Part shown: in pieces, positions 9,948-21,413 of the stretch | Layout: every line of letters starts with the position of its first letter | How positions within the stretch are numbered: position 1 is the stretch's first letter | DNA from: a virus | Strand: one strand, 5' to 3' | Virus record (IMG/VR): IMGVR_UViG_3300044739_000018 | Coordinates: 64,001-128,000 of that record | DNA: 64,000 nt | Position numbers and translations under genes: made by a program | The notes under the pieces: generated by a model | Databases searched by the model: none | Told to the model about the DNA's origin: nothing | What the model saw: only the letters and a program-made list of their open reading frames with translations

Positions 9948-12901
9948 CAGATCACGTCCTCGTCCACGTCGAGCCACGCTACGTCCTCGTCGTCGCTGTC
10001 GCTGTCTTGCCTCGCCAGCCATGCTTCGGCTTCGTCCCGCGTGTCGAAGCTGCGGATCACGCCGTCCACTTCATACAGGTCCACCAACTGGTGGCCCGTA
10101 TCCTGACCAGGACCGTCGAGGATGCCCTTCTCCACGCCCTCGTTGTGCGGGACGTAATAGGCGACGATCACAGTTGCTTCTCGCGGGTCGGGATCTTGTG
10201 GATATCCAGCATGGTCTTGGTGACCTCCACGGCGTCGAACCCGCACATCTTGAACACGATGCCATCCACGATGATGGGCGTGGTGCCAAGCTGATTGCAC
10301 AGCGGGCACTTGTCGGGGTCGTTGCTCGGGTCGCCCTCCTGGTCGTAAGGCTCGACAGGCGGTGCAGTACTCATCGGGTGTCTCCCTTTTTGCTGTGGTT
10401 GTGGCTCCAGTCGGAGCGGTTGGCGTGCATTTCGTTGTGTGTTCGGTTCGCATTCACCCAATCGCCGGGTGCAAGCTCACGCTCGTGGTCCATTTCGATA
10501 TGGTCCGCGATCTCCATGAGCTTCTCGATGCGCTTCTGATCCTTCTCGGTCGGCCCGCGCTCGGGATCGGGGAAGGCACCACCCGTGTAGACGAGGCTCG
10601 TCATGCGGGCATCCGGAAGGATCGAGAGGAAGCGTCCCACTCCAGGTCGATGATGCCATCGTCGTCCTTGTCCAAGAGCAGGTCATCAGGGTCATCGTCT
10701 GGGTCGTAGTCGTCGAAGTCACCCTCGTTGTCGAAGTAGACATCGTCCGGGTCGTATGGGTCGTTCGACGACTCGTCGGACCAGCCAAGAGGTTCACCAG
10801 CCTCGTTGACATAGACGGTTGCACCCGCAGTCGGGAACATCAGCACTCCACCTTTACGTGTTCGGCCAGGACGCGCTTGGCGTCGTATGCCTTCTTGCAC
10901 CTGGCGATGGTCTTGCAGGCGATCTTGTCGATCTTCTTGATCTTGCGCTTGGGCACGCTGTAGGGCTGAGTCTCGCCCTTGAACAGCGCGTACTCGGTGA
11001 GTTGGCCCCACTTGTTGCCCTCGGGGTCATACACAAAGAACTCGATGTGCCCATCCCCGAACAGCGTTGTGTCTGCGTACCAGCCCTCGAACACGGTCAT
11101 CGGTAAACCTCCACCTGCGGCGCCTGGCCCTCGTAGAAGTAGAAGATGAACGGGTGGATGAAGCCATCGAGGAAGATGTCGATGGTGGTCGTACCTGGCG
11201 GCGTGTTACACGACATGCAGCCATGCTTGTCCGCGTCAGAGCTGACGCCCTTGACCTTCTCGGACAGGCCAATGGCGTAGACCATCGTGTCACCGAGAAC
11301 GACCTCAGTCACCGGCACCTTGATGAAGTTAGGCATCGGCCAGCACCTTCTCGGCCAGCTTCTCTGCCCGCATGGCGAGGATGGTGTGGTACCGAGCGAT
11401 GCGGTACTCGTTCACCTGGCTGCGGCCAATGGCCTGGGCCACGGTGCGGACGAGTTCGCGGTGCTGATGCACCCACTCGACGTATGCCTTGATGGCCTCG
11501 ATGCCAGTCACATGCACCCTCGGCAGGAAGTCCTTCTTGAAGATGAGCATGATGGCTCGCCGTTCAGAGCGAGCCAGTTTGCTCGGGTCCACGTCGGGGA
11601 AGCGGTGCTGTGCGTGTTCGCAGAATTCGTCGATGGTCACGGTGTCTCCCTTGTGTTGGCGAGTGATGCAGCCAGAAGGTCCAGTTGCATCATGAAGCTG
11701 TCGAGCAGGCCACCGTCGAGCGGTGTGCCATGGATGAGCGGGTGGAACAGGTTGAGCAGGGCCACGGTCCCGCATACGACGCAGCGGAACAGTGAGAAGT
11801 GCCGGATCAGGTGTTTCATGCGACTCCGTACATGATGGCGATGCCGTTAAGCACGCGCTCGTTGATTGTGAGCAGGTCCTTCTGAACCTCCACGGCGTTG
11901 CGGGCTTCCTCGACCTGACGCGCAGCACGGTCCCCCACGTCACGGAGCAGGGCAGTTACGGCCTCGCCAGGAGTGAAAGCCTCGTGCTCTGAGTGGAAGC
12001 AGCGGGCCACCCAACGTCCGTTGTCGGCACGGACAGTCAGTTGGAAGCTCGTGCCCGTGGACTGCGCCAGCGCAGCCATGAGCTTGATGAGTTCGTCGTT
12101 CATACCTTCTCCGTGGTAGGCACCTTGGGGTCACGGAAGTTGGCCTGGTCGAGCGTGTCTCGTGCCAGCAGCGTGAGGTACGTGCGTGGCGCTTTGAGCG
12201 CAGCAGGAATGTCCTTGGGATCACCCAGGACCACGGCGTTACGCCTGTCGATCTCGCCGTCGTTGATGCTTCGACCCACGGTCTCGACCACGTAAACGTC
12301 CGTTGACGTGCGGTAGATGCGATGCTCGGTCCACCTGCGCTGCCCAGGCGTGTCGTGCTCGCTGGTCAGATCGGCAAGAACCTCGCCGTCGAACTCCAGA
12401 GGTATGTCATTGGTGCGCTCGATGCGGTAGTGCCTCACTTGCTCGCGAGCAAGGCGTATTCAGCACTCGCCTTCTCGCCGCGGGCAGCTAGCTGCTCCAG
12501 CTTCTCGTTCTTGGTGAGTCCGTCCCAATGGACCTGGCGGATCTCGGCACGTTCGCGACGCTCGGCGCGTCGGCTTCTGCTGTTGTTACGGGGCATGCTG
12601 TCTCCTTGTCTCGGGGATGAGTGTTGAGTATGAGGGAGGATGGACGCCATTGTCCACCCTCCCTCACCGGGGAACTAGCCCAGGCCGACGTGAACGGTGC
12701 GGCCCGAGTTGAAGCTGACGGTGACGACGTTGCCGTCGAGGACGGACTGGAGGTCAGCGCCGGTCATGCCACCAAAGACCCACGAACGAGCTTTGCCGCG
12801 AGCGGCCTTCGGCTTGGCTCGGCGGGCGATCTCGTCTGTGATGCCCTTGCGCTTGAACGTCTTGGTGGTGACAGGGTGCAGTTGCGTGATGGTCAGTTGA
12901 A

Positions 12902-13450
12902 TCACCTCCCTTCCAGAATGTGTAGTGCGTTGTTCTCCGCGTAGTCCATCCACTTGAACTCACCATCGGCTGTCTCACCGATGTTGCCATGGTGGGTGTC
13001 TGACACGTAGAGATCGGGATGGATCTTCGCCAGGGCAGCGAGAGCTTGGTTGACGTGAGCGTTCGCTCGGTCCCTGATTACTGGATTCTGGGTGTAGGGC
13101 GGAGGATCGGCCAGGTCATGCAGGTCGTTGTACGTGTGCTTGACACGCGTCATTACGATCCACTGGCCGCTCGGACTCAGGGCGTGGATGGGAGCGAAGA
13201 AGCGGGCCGCATCCGTGTCCTCGACTGCTGCCCATAGTGCAGCTTCGGCCAAGTTGATCTCGTGGTGGTGCGTCAAACGAGCAACTTTGAGCACGAAGTC
13301 GTCACTCAGTCCGTAGGCGAAACGTGACACGCCTTGGCCGAGTCGCTGCTCGCTGGCCTCCAGGTCTTGCGCCAGGAGCGGCACAGTCTCGTCATTGACG
13401 ACGATCTTGGTGCGCGGCAGCTTGAAGGTGTTCGGTACGTTTGGTTTCAT
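12902..13450 (-). CDS. minimal protein-kinase-like (PKL-fold) enzyme
   Basis: GQGVSR Gly-loop, VLKVA Lys, helix-C Glu, catalytic DTHHGN, MDY (DFG equivalent). Confidence 0.7.
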   Translation of the reverse strand: MKPNVPNTFKLPRTKIVVNDETVPLLAQDLEASEQRLGQGVSRFAYGLSDDFVLKVARLTHHHEINLAEAALWAAVEDTDAARFFAPIHALSPSGQWIVMTRVKHTYNDLHDLADPPPYTQNPVIRDRANAHVNQALAALAKIHPDLYVSDTHHGNIGETADGEFKWMDYAENNALHILEGR

Positions 13451-13482
13451 TGTCTCCCTGTCTCGGGTTGTAACGGTTATAG

Positions 13483-13553
13483 CAGCCCATGGGGGATTCG
13501 AACTCCCGACGCTTGGCTGAGAACCAAGTGTTTTGCCACTAAACTAATGGGCC
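13483..13553 (-). tRNA. tRNA-Glu(CTC)
   Basis: Cloverleaf; anticodon arm CTTGG-TTCTCAG-CCAAG. Confidence 0.9.
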
Positions 13554-13554
13554 T

Positions 13555-13629
13555 TGGGGTGACCACGGAGACTCGAACTCCGCCCTCGGGGACCACAACC
13601 CCGTGTGCTACCGCTAACACTATGGTCAC
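13555..13629 (-). tRNA. tRNA-His(GTG)
   Basis: Cloverleaf; CGGGG-TTGTGGT-CCCCG; C discriminator plus CCA. Confidence 0.9.
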
Positions 13630-13635
13630 GCTTAA

Positions 13636-13770
13636 TTGAGGGACGGGATCACCACTCGCTTCCCATCCACGGCTTCGCGACGCCCGCTGTGGTCAAAGCG
13701 GTCAGATGACCTCCCACACGCACGGGCGTCGCGTCACGGGCCTAAGCCTTGTCCGTGTCCCGTCCCTCAA
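13636..13770. ncRNA. candidate structured ncRNA (nested stems with central bubble)
   Basis: 13-bp IR 13636-13648/13758-13770 enclosing 11-bp IR 13676-13686/13723-13733. Confidence 0.45.
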
Positions 13771-13773
13771 ATC

Positions 13774-14691
13774 TCAGGCAGCGCCAGCCTCGGGCATGCT
13801 GCCACAGGTATTGCACTCGATGACCGTGCCACCCTCCTTCTCAACGAACGTGGTGGTGTCGCCCAGGTCGATCCAGTCGCCACAGTCGGCCACCATCCAG
13901 TCGGCGTAGAGGCTGTCCTTGCCGCCCGGAGCGTACTCCAGCAGGGTATCGGCATTGGCTCGGTGGAACTTCTCGAAGCGGGCCACCATCTTGAACGTGT
14001 CCTCCAGCCACGCATGCGAGCGAGGCGAGTGGTACTCCTGGTAGCCAACGCCCCAGTTGAAGCCAGCCACGCCCAGGTGGTCGAGATCGGCAATGTCCGA
14101 GTACGACCCGATGCCAACCTTGGCCGTGGACTTCTCGACCAGATCAGTCAGCTCGTCGGTTTCGTACTGGTACATCACCACGTCCGTGCCACCACGGTCG
14201 AACTCGATCATCCAGTTGTACTGCTTGTCCGTGTCGAAGTCTCGGCCAGTGGACTGGCCCATCTCCTCGTCGGTGGTCAGCAGAATGTCACACTGGATGC
14301 CGATGGCGGGCAAGAGTTCGAGGATCGTGTACACGCCAAGCCTGTCATCGAGCGCACCCGACGTGACCAGCAGGCCACCGGCTGTCTCGGTGATGGTGGC
14401 GGTGCCATCGCTCTGCACGCTGTCCAGGTGGGCGACAGCGAGCACAGGTGACCCGTTGTCCTTGTACCAGTAGAAGCGGTCGCCGCTACTCCGCCAGCCG
14501 TTGCTGTCCAGTTGCACCTTGTCCGCATAGGCTGAGAAGTCCCATGTGGTGCAAAGATGCGCCAGCTTGTCAGCGTCAAAGGCGTCGCGCACCCGCTGCT
14601 TGGCGGCTGCGCTGGGCTGCTTGCCCTTGGGCTTTGTCATGAGGCGAGTGCCCCATGCTTGGTTGTCGAGGCTGTTGCCAAACGTTGTCAT
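13774..14691 (-). CDS. M28/M20-like zinc peptidase
   Basis: VAHLDSV, GALDDRLG, TDEEMG, IEFDR, YHS ligand motifs; C-terminal CxxC. Confidence 0.8.
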   Translation of the reverse strand: MTTFGNSLDNQAWGTRLMTKPKGKQPSAAAKQRVRDAFDADKLAHLCTTWDFSAYADKVQLDSNGWRSSGDRFYWYKDNGSPVLAVAHLDSVQSDGTATITETAGGLLVTSGALDDRLGVYTILELLPAIGIQCDILLTTDEEMGQSTGRDFDTDKQYNWMIEFDRGGTDVVMYQYETDELTDLVEKSTAKVGIGSYSDIADLDHLGVAGFNWGVGYQEYHSPRSHAWLEDTFKMVARFEKFHRANADTLLEYAPGGKDSLYADWMVADCGDWIDLGDTTTFVEKEGGTVIECNTCGSMPEAGAA

Positions 14692-16025
14692 CACGCTGCT
14701 GCTTTCAGGTTGAAGGTATGGGCGTCCTGCTTGTCGTGTTCCTTGTATGCGAAGTACAGGCTCTCGGTGGCAGCACACGTGGCCTCATCAGCCACGAGGT
14801 AGCCAGCGTTGGAGTTGATGTACTGGTAGTCGGTGGACAGTTCGATCTTGCGGTACGTCTTGCCCGTCAGGTGTGCGACGATGCGGGCAGCGGCATAACC
14901 GCTCAGGTCCCCGTAGGCGTTGAACACCACATAGGCGTCGGTGCTGGTGTGATGCGTGGGCACCAGGCGGTTGGGATAGTCCGCGGCCCAGATGCGGAGC
15001 GGCTGCACCCACACTCGGCCCGTGGGCCAGGCATGAGCAGCGTTCTCGCCCTCGAAGCTCCGCAATCCCATGCCACCCCAGCTTTTGAGAGCGCACCGTG
15101 AGGTTGAGTGGCTGCCCCACCAGCAGGAGCCGTCGTTGCTGAACGCCTCGGCGGACTGGTTGAGGTCACGAGTGAACTCGACGTGCCACGTTGCCTCCGA
15201 ACTGGAGTGCTGTCGAGCCATGTTGCCGATCTCGGAGATCAACTCAGGGTCGAGCTTGACCTTGTGCTGCTTGAACAGCTCGCTGGACAGGCGCTTGGTG
15301 AAGTTGCCTCGCTTGCCCTGCCACAGCGTCCCGACCTCGGTGACTGCCTTCTCCACATCGGTGTAGCTGAGCAGAGGCGTGGCGTCGTAGGCGCACAGGG
15401 TGTCGTAGAGCCTCGACTTGATGCGGTTGATGCCCGCTTCGTCGATGGTGCCCTTCGGCAGATTGACGGTGAGTCGCTCGTCCTGGGTGACCACGCCATC
15501 CCCGTTGGCCGGGAACTCGAACTCAGGATGCGGAGGATCGCACTCACAGCCGATGTGGTTGTGCTCGGCGGCGAAGTCGTTGTCATAGTGCTCGTCGCAA
15601 TCCTCGCAGTACGAGAAGTTGTTGTCGTAGCACGATTCGCAGTAATCAGCGCCTGCGGCATACGTGACGTTGTCCTCAGACACGTAGTCGTCACACCTGG
15701 CGCACTGGATGTAATGACCGAAGCAGTTGTCATCACAGACCTTGCGGTCCCTGTCCACCGTGCTCATGTCGCAGTCCCAGGTGAGCGCGGAGCAGTCGGC
15801 GCAGAACCGGCATTCCTCGCCGGTGAGGTCCTGCACCAGCTTGACGAACTCCTGCTCGGTCTGCTTGGGGTACTGCTGGTACCACCGTGACCACGCCACG
15901 TAGGCTTCGGTCAGGTTCTCATCGCTCGCGTCGTCCACGAGGGTGAGCATGGCGGCGATGACTGGTGCGGTATGGCCTGCGTTCAGGCAGGCGTCGAGTA
16001 CTTCGAGGTATTCCTCGCTGGTCAT
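14691..16025 (-). CDS. multi-zinc-ribbon protein
   Basis: Repeated CxxC pairs (CADC, CARC, CESC, CEDC) followed by a globular domain. Confidence 0.7.
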   Translation of the reverse strand: MTSEEYLEVLDACLNAGHTAPVIAAMLTLVDDASDENLTEAYVAWSRWYQQYPKQTEQEFVKLVQDLTGEECRFCADCSALTWDCDMSTVDRDRKVCDDNCFGHYIQCARCDDYVSEDNVTYAAGADYCESCYDNNFSYCEDCDEHYDNDFAAEHNHIGCECDPPHPEFEFPANGDGVVTQDERLTVNLPKGTIDEAGINRIKSRLYDTLCAYDATPLLSYTDVEKAVTEVGTLWQGKRGNFTKRLSSELFKQHKVKLDPELISEIGNMARQHSSSEATWHVEFTRDLNQSAEAFSNDGSCWWGSHSTSRCALKSWGGMGLRSFEGENAAHAWPTGRVWVQPLRIWAADYPNRLVPTHHTSTDAYVVFNAYGDLSGYAAARIVAHLTGKTYRKIELSTDYQYINSNAGYLVADEATCAATESLYFAYKEHDKQDAHTFNLKAAA

Positions 16026-16415
16026 TGGCTGTCTCGCCTTCTGTTGTTCGGTTTAGTTGTGTTGTTGGGCCTTCATCCATCTAGTCCCAACTCAGCTAGC
16101 GCCCTCATCCTTACCGTCACTAGCCTTCCCCATTTGCTACATGCAGAGCAGAGTCTCGATGGGCATGTGGTATCGCCCAGCCATCCACTGTGCAGCGATG
16201 AGCAGAGCATCCTGCTCATCTATCGCCTCGATGCTGAGTGTGGTCACGAGGACCATGCAGCTACAGCGTCCAGGCAAGAAGGTGTGCGGGCCACCATTGC
16301 AGCCCGGGTCCTTCTGATGGTCATGCGTGGAGCCAGCAGTCATGACCCTGAATCGCTGGGTCGGGCCGGTGCGCACGAAGTCCAGGTCATTCAGGTCATC
16401 ATCCACTGTTCCTCC

Positions 16416-17186
16416 TTACGACTTCAGTGTGGGTTCGAGCCAGAGCTTCTTGCTGAACATCTCGCGCTCCAGGTACGGGAACATCGAGAGCAGGTGCAGG
16501 GTCTTGAGCGTGTCGTGCTTGAACGCCTTGTGGAGTTCCTCGCGGACACGTTCCTCACTCACACCACCCAGCAGGCTCGCAACCTCGGCGTCTTGGAGCA
16601 CGTCCACGACCGTTGGGTCGAGGTTGAAGCTCTTGGTTACGGCGAATCTGATCGCACGCAGAGCACGCAGCCCATCCTCACGCAGTCGCGTCATGGGATC
16701 ACCCACGAAACGAATGTGCTGATGGGACAGGTCCACGCGTCCACCATGCGGGTCGATCACCTTCTGGCCCGTGTGCCACATGCCCCAGCCATTGGTCACG
16801 CTGTAGGCAAGGTTCGCCATGGCGTTCATGGTGAAGTCACGGCGAGCCAGGTCATCCTCGATGGTGCCAGGCTCCACGAAGTCGGGCCTGCGTCCGTCCG
16901 TGCTTGGCCCATCCTTGCGGCAGAGCACGAAGTCAGCAGTCATCCCACGCCACTCGGCAGGGACCTCGTGCTTCTCCGTGTCACGCGGGAAGCGGGCACG
17001 GATGGTGAGGTACTCCTCGGTGCTGAGGAAAATCTCGAAGCCCTCGTTGAGCAGCCACATGGTCATGGCCTCGAAGCTCGGAGCCTCCACAGCGTAGTCG
17101 ATGTCGTTGCTGCGCAGACCGAGAAGCTTGTCACGCACGCAGCCACCGACCTCGTAGGCGGTGATGTCAATGTCCGTTTGGCCCAC
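16416..17186 (-). CDS. tRNA nucleotidyltransferase (CCA-adding / poly(A) polymerase class II)
   Basis: VGGCVRDKLLG, DIDY, EDDLARRDFTMNAMA, EDGLRALRAIRF, SEERVREEL. Confidence 0.93.
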   Translation of the reverse strand: MGQTDIDITAYEVGGCVRDKLLGLRSNDIDYAVEAPSFEAMTMWLLNEGFEIFLSTEEYLTIRARFPRDTEKHEVPAEWRGMTADFVLCRKDGPSTDGRRPDFVEPGTIEDDLARRDFTMNAMANLAYSVTNGWGMWHTGQKVIDPHGGRVDLSHQHIRFVGDPMTRLREDGLRALRAIRFAVTKSFNLDPTVVDVLQDAEVASLLGGVSEERVREELHKAFKHDTLKTLHLLSMFPYLEREMFSKKLWLEPTLKS

Positions 17187-18130
17187 GGTGCGCCTCCTTC
17201 TGCTTGTTCTCCAGGTAGATCGCCAGTGTCCAGCACCCGAGGCCAAAGGCCACGATGCCAGCGAACGGCGCGCCACCCGTGAGGAAGGACAGGGCACAGA
17301 ACCAGAGGAAGAATGTCCAGAACCTCATGGTGACTCGCTTTCGTTGCAGGGACGGTTGGTGTTGCAGTTGGAACACAGGTGATGCTCGGTGCGACACGAG
17401 ATACCGATGAGCGGGCACTTGTGCTCAGGAACGGAGGGCAGGTGTGCGTACTCGGGGCACATGAAATCCTCGATGAGAGCGATGAGCACTTCCTCGTCTA
17501 CCGGGTCCATGTCCTGGTCGTAGCTGATCTCGACGTACCGCACGCGATGGCTCATCCGCAGGTCCGCCAATCACAGCATGTCATCCCGTCGAGTTCCTCG
17601 ATGATCTCGTCGAGCAGGGCATTGCGAGCGCGTCCGCAGGCGTCATCGGGGTGATTCGTGCGCTCGGACTCGGGCGGGCGGTACGACTCCAGCAGCGCAA
17701 GGATTTGCTCGTACGTCATCCGTGGTGCCGGTTCGGGTTGACGACGATCTCACGCCAGGTGCCTGTCTCGGCAGTCCAGAGCATGAGCGGCTGTGCGTTG
17801 GGGATGGGCTTCCGCCTGCGGACGTTGGTCTGGACCATCGTGCGCAGGGCGTACCAGTAGAGCTTCATGCTGTCTCGCTTTCTTCTTCGATGAGCTGGGC
17901 CAGTTCGTCCGGCGTGAGCGGGAACTGTTCGGTGGCGGCATTGAGTCGGCGGGCCATGCGGTGAAGCTCACGGCGTCCGACGTGCTCCAGGATGATGCTT
18001 GTGAAGCCGCTGTCGGTCCTGACTCGAACCTTCACGTCGAACTCGTCAGGGTCGTAGTCGTCGCTGACTGCTGGCCGACGCTCGACTTCGATGGGTACCG
18101 CCCGCCATGCGTAGAAGTAGTGGGTGCTCA

Positions 18131-18868
18131 TCAGTACGCACTCACTGTGCGGAACCTGTCGAACAGGTCGTTGCGCACCCTGTCACAACAAGCGGAAATG
18201 TCATCGCACTCGTTGTTCATGATGGCCTCGTACCGGGCAAGGTGGACGGAGATACCACAATCCGTCTGCTTGCCGTTGCCTCCACAGCGGAAGCATGGGC
18301 CACCAGGGCCAGTGGGCTTGCCGTTGAGCATGCCCGTGATGAACATGCCCGTCCCGACGCAGCGTCGGCATCGACCGATCTCGTCTGTTTCGGGATTCTT
18401 GCCGTCGTAGGTGCCAGGCTCACAGCCCGCACGGAACTTGCGCCGTCCGTTGGGCTGGATGGTGGAGCGTGGAGCAGGCTTGTCGATGCCAGCAGCCTGC
18501 GCCGCACGCTTGCGTCGACGCAGGTCTGTGGTCTGAGCAGCCTCGCTGTTGGCCCGGATCTCGGGCGTCTCCACGTAGTCGGGGTGCGTGGTCTTGGGGT
18601 GCTTGTCGCAGCAAAGCACCTGCTTGCCCTTGACCACCCGGTACTCAATGTCCGTTGAGGAACATGCCCAGCAGGTGGGCTTCTCGGGTGTGTGCCTGCG
18701 CAGGGTCTGACCGAAGGTCTCGCGTGGCTGGAACTTGCGGGGAGAGGCCACCCTGTCAACTTTCACAACTTCGCGGGCCTCAGCCAGCCCACGCTTGGCA
18801 GCGAAGCAGGCGCGCACGCCATGCCTGTCCTCGTGGTAGCCGTCGCAGCTACCGCATTTGACGCTCAT
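18131..18868 (-). CDS. zinc-finger protein with DnaJ-type CxxCxGxG repeats
   Basis: CRRCVGTG and CFRCGGNG plus further CxxC. Confidence 0.65.
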   Translation of the reverse strand: MSVKCGSCDGYHEDRHGVRACFAAKRGLAEAREVVKVDRVASPRKFQPRETFGQTLRRHTPEKPTCWACSSTDIEYRVVKGKQVLCCDKHPKTTHPDYVETPEIRANSEAAQTTDLRRRKRAAQAAGIDKPAPRSTIQPNGRRKFRAGCEPGTYDGKNPETDEIGRCRRCVGTGMFITGMLNGKPTGPGGPCFRCGGNGKQTDCGISVHLARYEAIMNNECDDISACCDRVRNDLFDRFRTVSAY

Positions 18869-21413
18869 GATCCCGCCGCCTCGTCCAGCTTGGAGCACCA
18901 GTGCCCCACGAACTCGCCGGGATTGGTCATGTCGTAGACGGGCAGCTTCACGCCACACACGCAGGCACCAGCTTCCTCCTGCGTGATGGGCGACCACATG
19001 CCCGGATCTCCACCGATGCGATGCGGAGTGTACGCATCCCACTGGTAGAAGTTGCCCGTGTCCTGGTAGTGGATGATCTGGCCGTGTGCGGGCGGCCATT
19101 CGAGGACCAGGCTCACGGACGTGGTGGTCGTGGGGACCTGGATGATCTCCACTAGAAGCGCACCTTGATGCGCTCGACCTCGACCTTGGCGGCGAGGGGC
19201 CGCTTGTTCGGGGGGAACAGGGCGACGGCCTTGGTGTAGGCGTGGCCCTTGCTGGTCGCGAAGACCCGGATGGGCCGCTTGGCGTCCTCGTGGCCCACGA
19301 GGGTGACGAGGAACCAGTTGGCCTTCGCCACGACTCGCATGGGCCGGGCGTTGGGCTTGTTCTTGCGCACGATGCGCCTCCTTGTCTCAGGAAGGTGACC
19401 GGATGCCACCTAAACCCGCTCAACGTGTGTTGAGAAGGTCTAGGAGCGGTCCCAACGCCCACGTGCCTGCGAACAGACACGGCAGCGTGCAGAGGTTGTC
19501 GGGACCTGCCTCCGCTCTTGTCGGGGTGCGAAACTTGCCTGCTGTCGCAATTGGACGCAGCGCCATGGCGCACCCTCACACGCTCCACTAGAAGCGTTTA
19601 ATCCCGCTCGAAGCGGGCACCAGGATGGTTGACCCGTTACCGGGCTAATTCGATAGTCGCATTAAGACCTCCCTCGTTCACAGGAACCACCAAACGTGTT
19701 GGGGATTCTTGTGAACGTGCCCCTCGCGGGGCACGGTCAGGTCAGTCGTGGACCACTGGCATGTCGCCAATCCACGTGACCATGTGGGCGTCGAAAAGGA
19801 GGCCGAAGTCGGCCACTTCCTCGACAGGCACCACAGGGAGCGGCTTGGCATTGACGACAGCGGCCTCGTGTTCAGCGAGGCGGGCGTCGATGCGCTCCAA
19901 AAGCTCCTTCGTGGTCATCGGGTGTCTCCCCTTTCGTTGTTGAGCTTGCGGGTGCGTGCGCCCAGTTGCCCAGGCGTCAGGAAGGGCTGGCTGCAAGGGC
20001 CAAACATGCAACGGTTCGGCACCTTGGGTGCCCACGGCTGGACCTCGTGGTCGTGGCCGTTGGGGCAGGAGAAAAAGCGGACGGTATCGCTCATGCGGGC
20101 ACCTCGATGAACTGGATGGTCCCGAAAACCACTCGGGCTGGACGTGCGTTGAAGAACGCTGCCAAACGCACCACGTTGGCGAGCGTGGGTCCGGCAAAAA
20201 CGATCTTGCCGTTGGCGTTGACGAGGACGAACATCAGTTGTCCGCCACGTCGTAACCGGCGCAAGAAGGGCAGTTCCCGCATGCGGGATTGCCCGTGCCG
20301 ATGACGCCCTGGCGCAGCACGATCTCGCGGTCCTCGACGATCTCGTCGAAAAGGTCGTGACCACGCCACGACTCCACGTCCTCACGCACGATGGCAGCGA
20401 TGGCTACCAAAAGGTCCAGCATGTTGTCCTCCCTGTCTCGGGGATATGCACGTTCACAAAAACCTCCGCGATCATCCCGGATCAGGCGCACAGCTTGTCG
20501 CCCTTGGGGCCAACCTCGTCAGGAAGGCTTGCGCCGGTACGCGGAGGTTTTTGTGAAAGTGGGAGCTAAGACCTTCACGCCAAAAGCGTGGTTTGGACGG
20601 TGCTCCACGTCCCCGCGGCTAGCGACTGGGATCGCTGCCCAAACTCCCGTTATCACGCAGCCGGATTAGGGCTGGCCCAAAGACTTGTGGCTGGTACGGG
20701 TGGAACCTCCCGCTACCCACTTACGGCCTGCCTACCATCGTCGCTCGGGTCTCCAGCCAAAAGGCTGTCCGTGCCCGACAGGCACCACTCAAAACTCAGT
20801 CCTGGTGTTGCGAGCTGGGTGCCCGCATCAAGGACTCGAACTCGCGAAACTCACGCTCACGAGCGGTCAAACCTCTCCGAACTTGGAGCGGCTTGCGGTT
20901 GGGCCGCCGTTTGCCTTTCGGCGGCTTCATGCGCGGCGTCTTGTCGGTCGGGGCGAAAAGCATCTCAACCCCGCAACGTTCGTTTCGCGTCCTCGGGTGT
21001 GGGTCGGCGGCTGGCAGAAGGTGCCTGACCAACTCGCTTGCCGGGGCGTGAGGACAAAGTCCCCGACTGGACCATCTGCGGCTTGGGACCACCCTCGTCG
21101 TGAAAACCGACGATTGAGGCCCAACCTGTGGGCTTGACGCTCTGGCGTGCGACCAAACGCACGTCCACAACGGTGATCCACGACTGGCTGCGCAGCATGT
21201 TCGGGCTGTGCGGCCTGTCGTCAGGCTGGTGGGACTTGATCGACACGATTGTCGGCTCATCACCCAAAAGGGCCTTGCGCCGAGAGCGTGCCTCTCGTTG
21301 TGCCCGCGCCTGCCTACGACGCTCGGTCTTTGTCAAAAGCACCTGCCTTTCATGGTCGGTTGGGGAGCGCACCTAAAAGCCGCCGCTTCTAGGTGCTGCC
21401 CCAACCGACCGTG

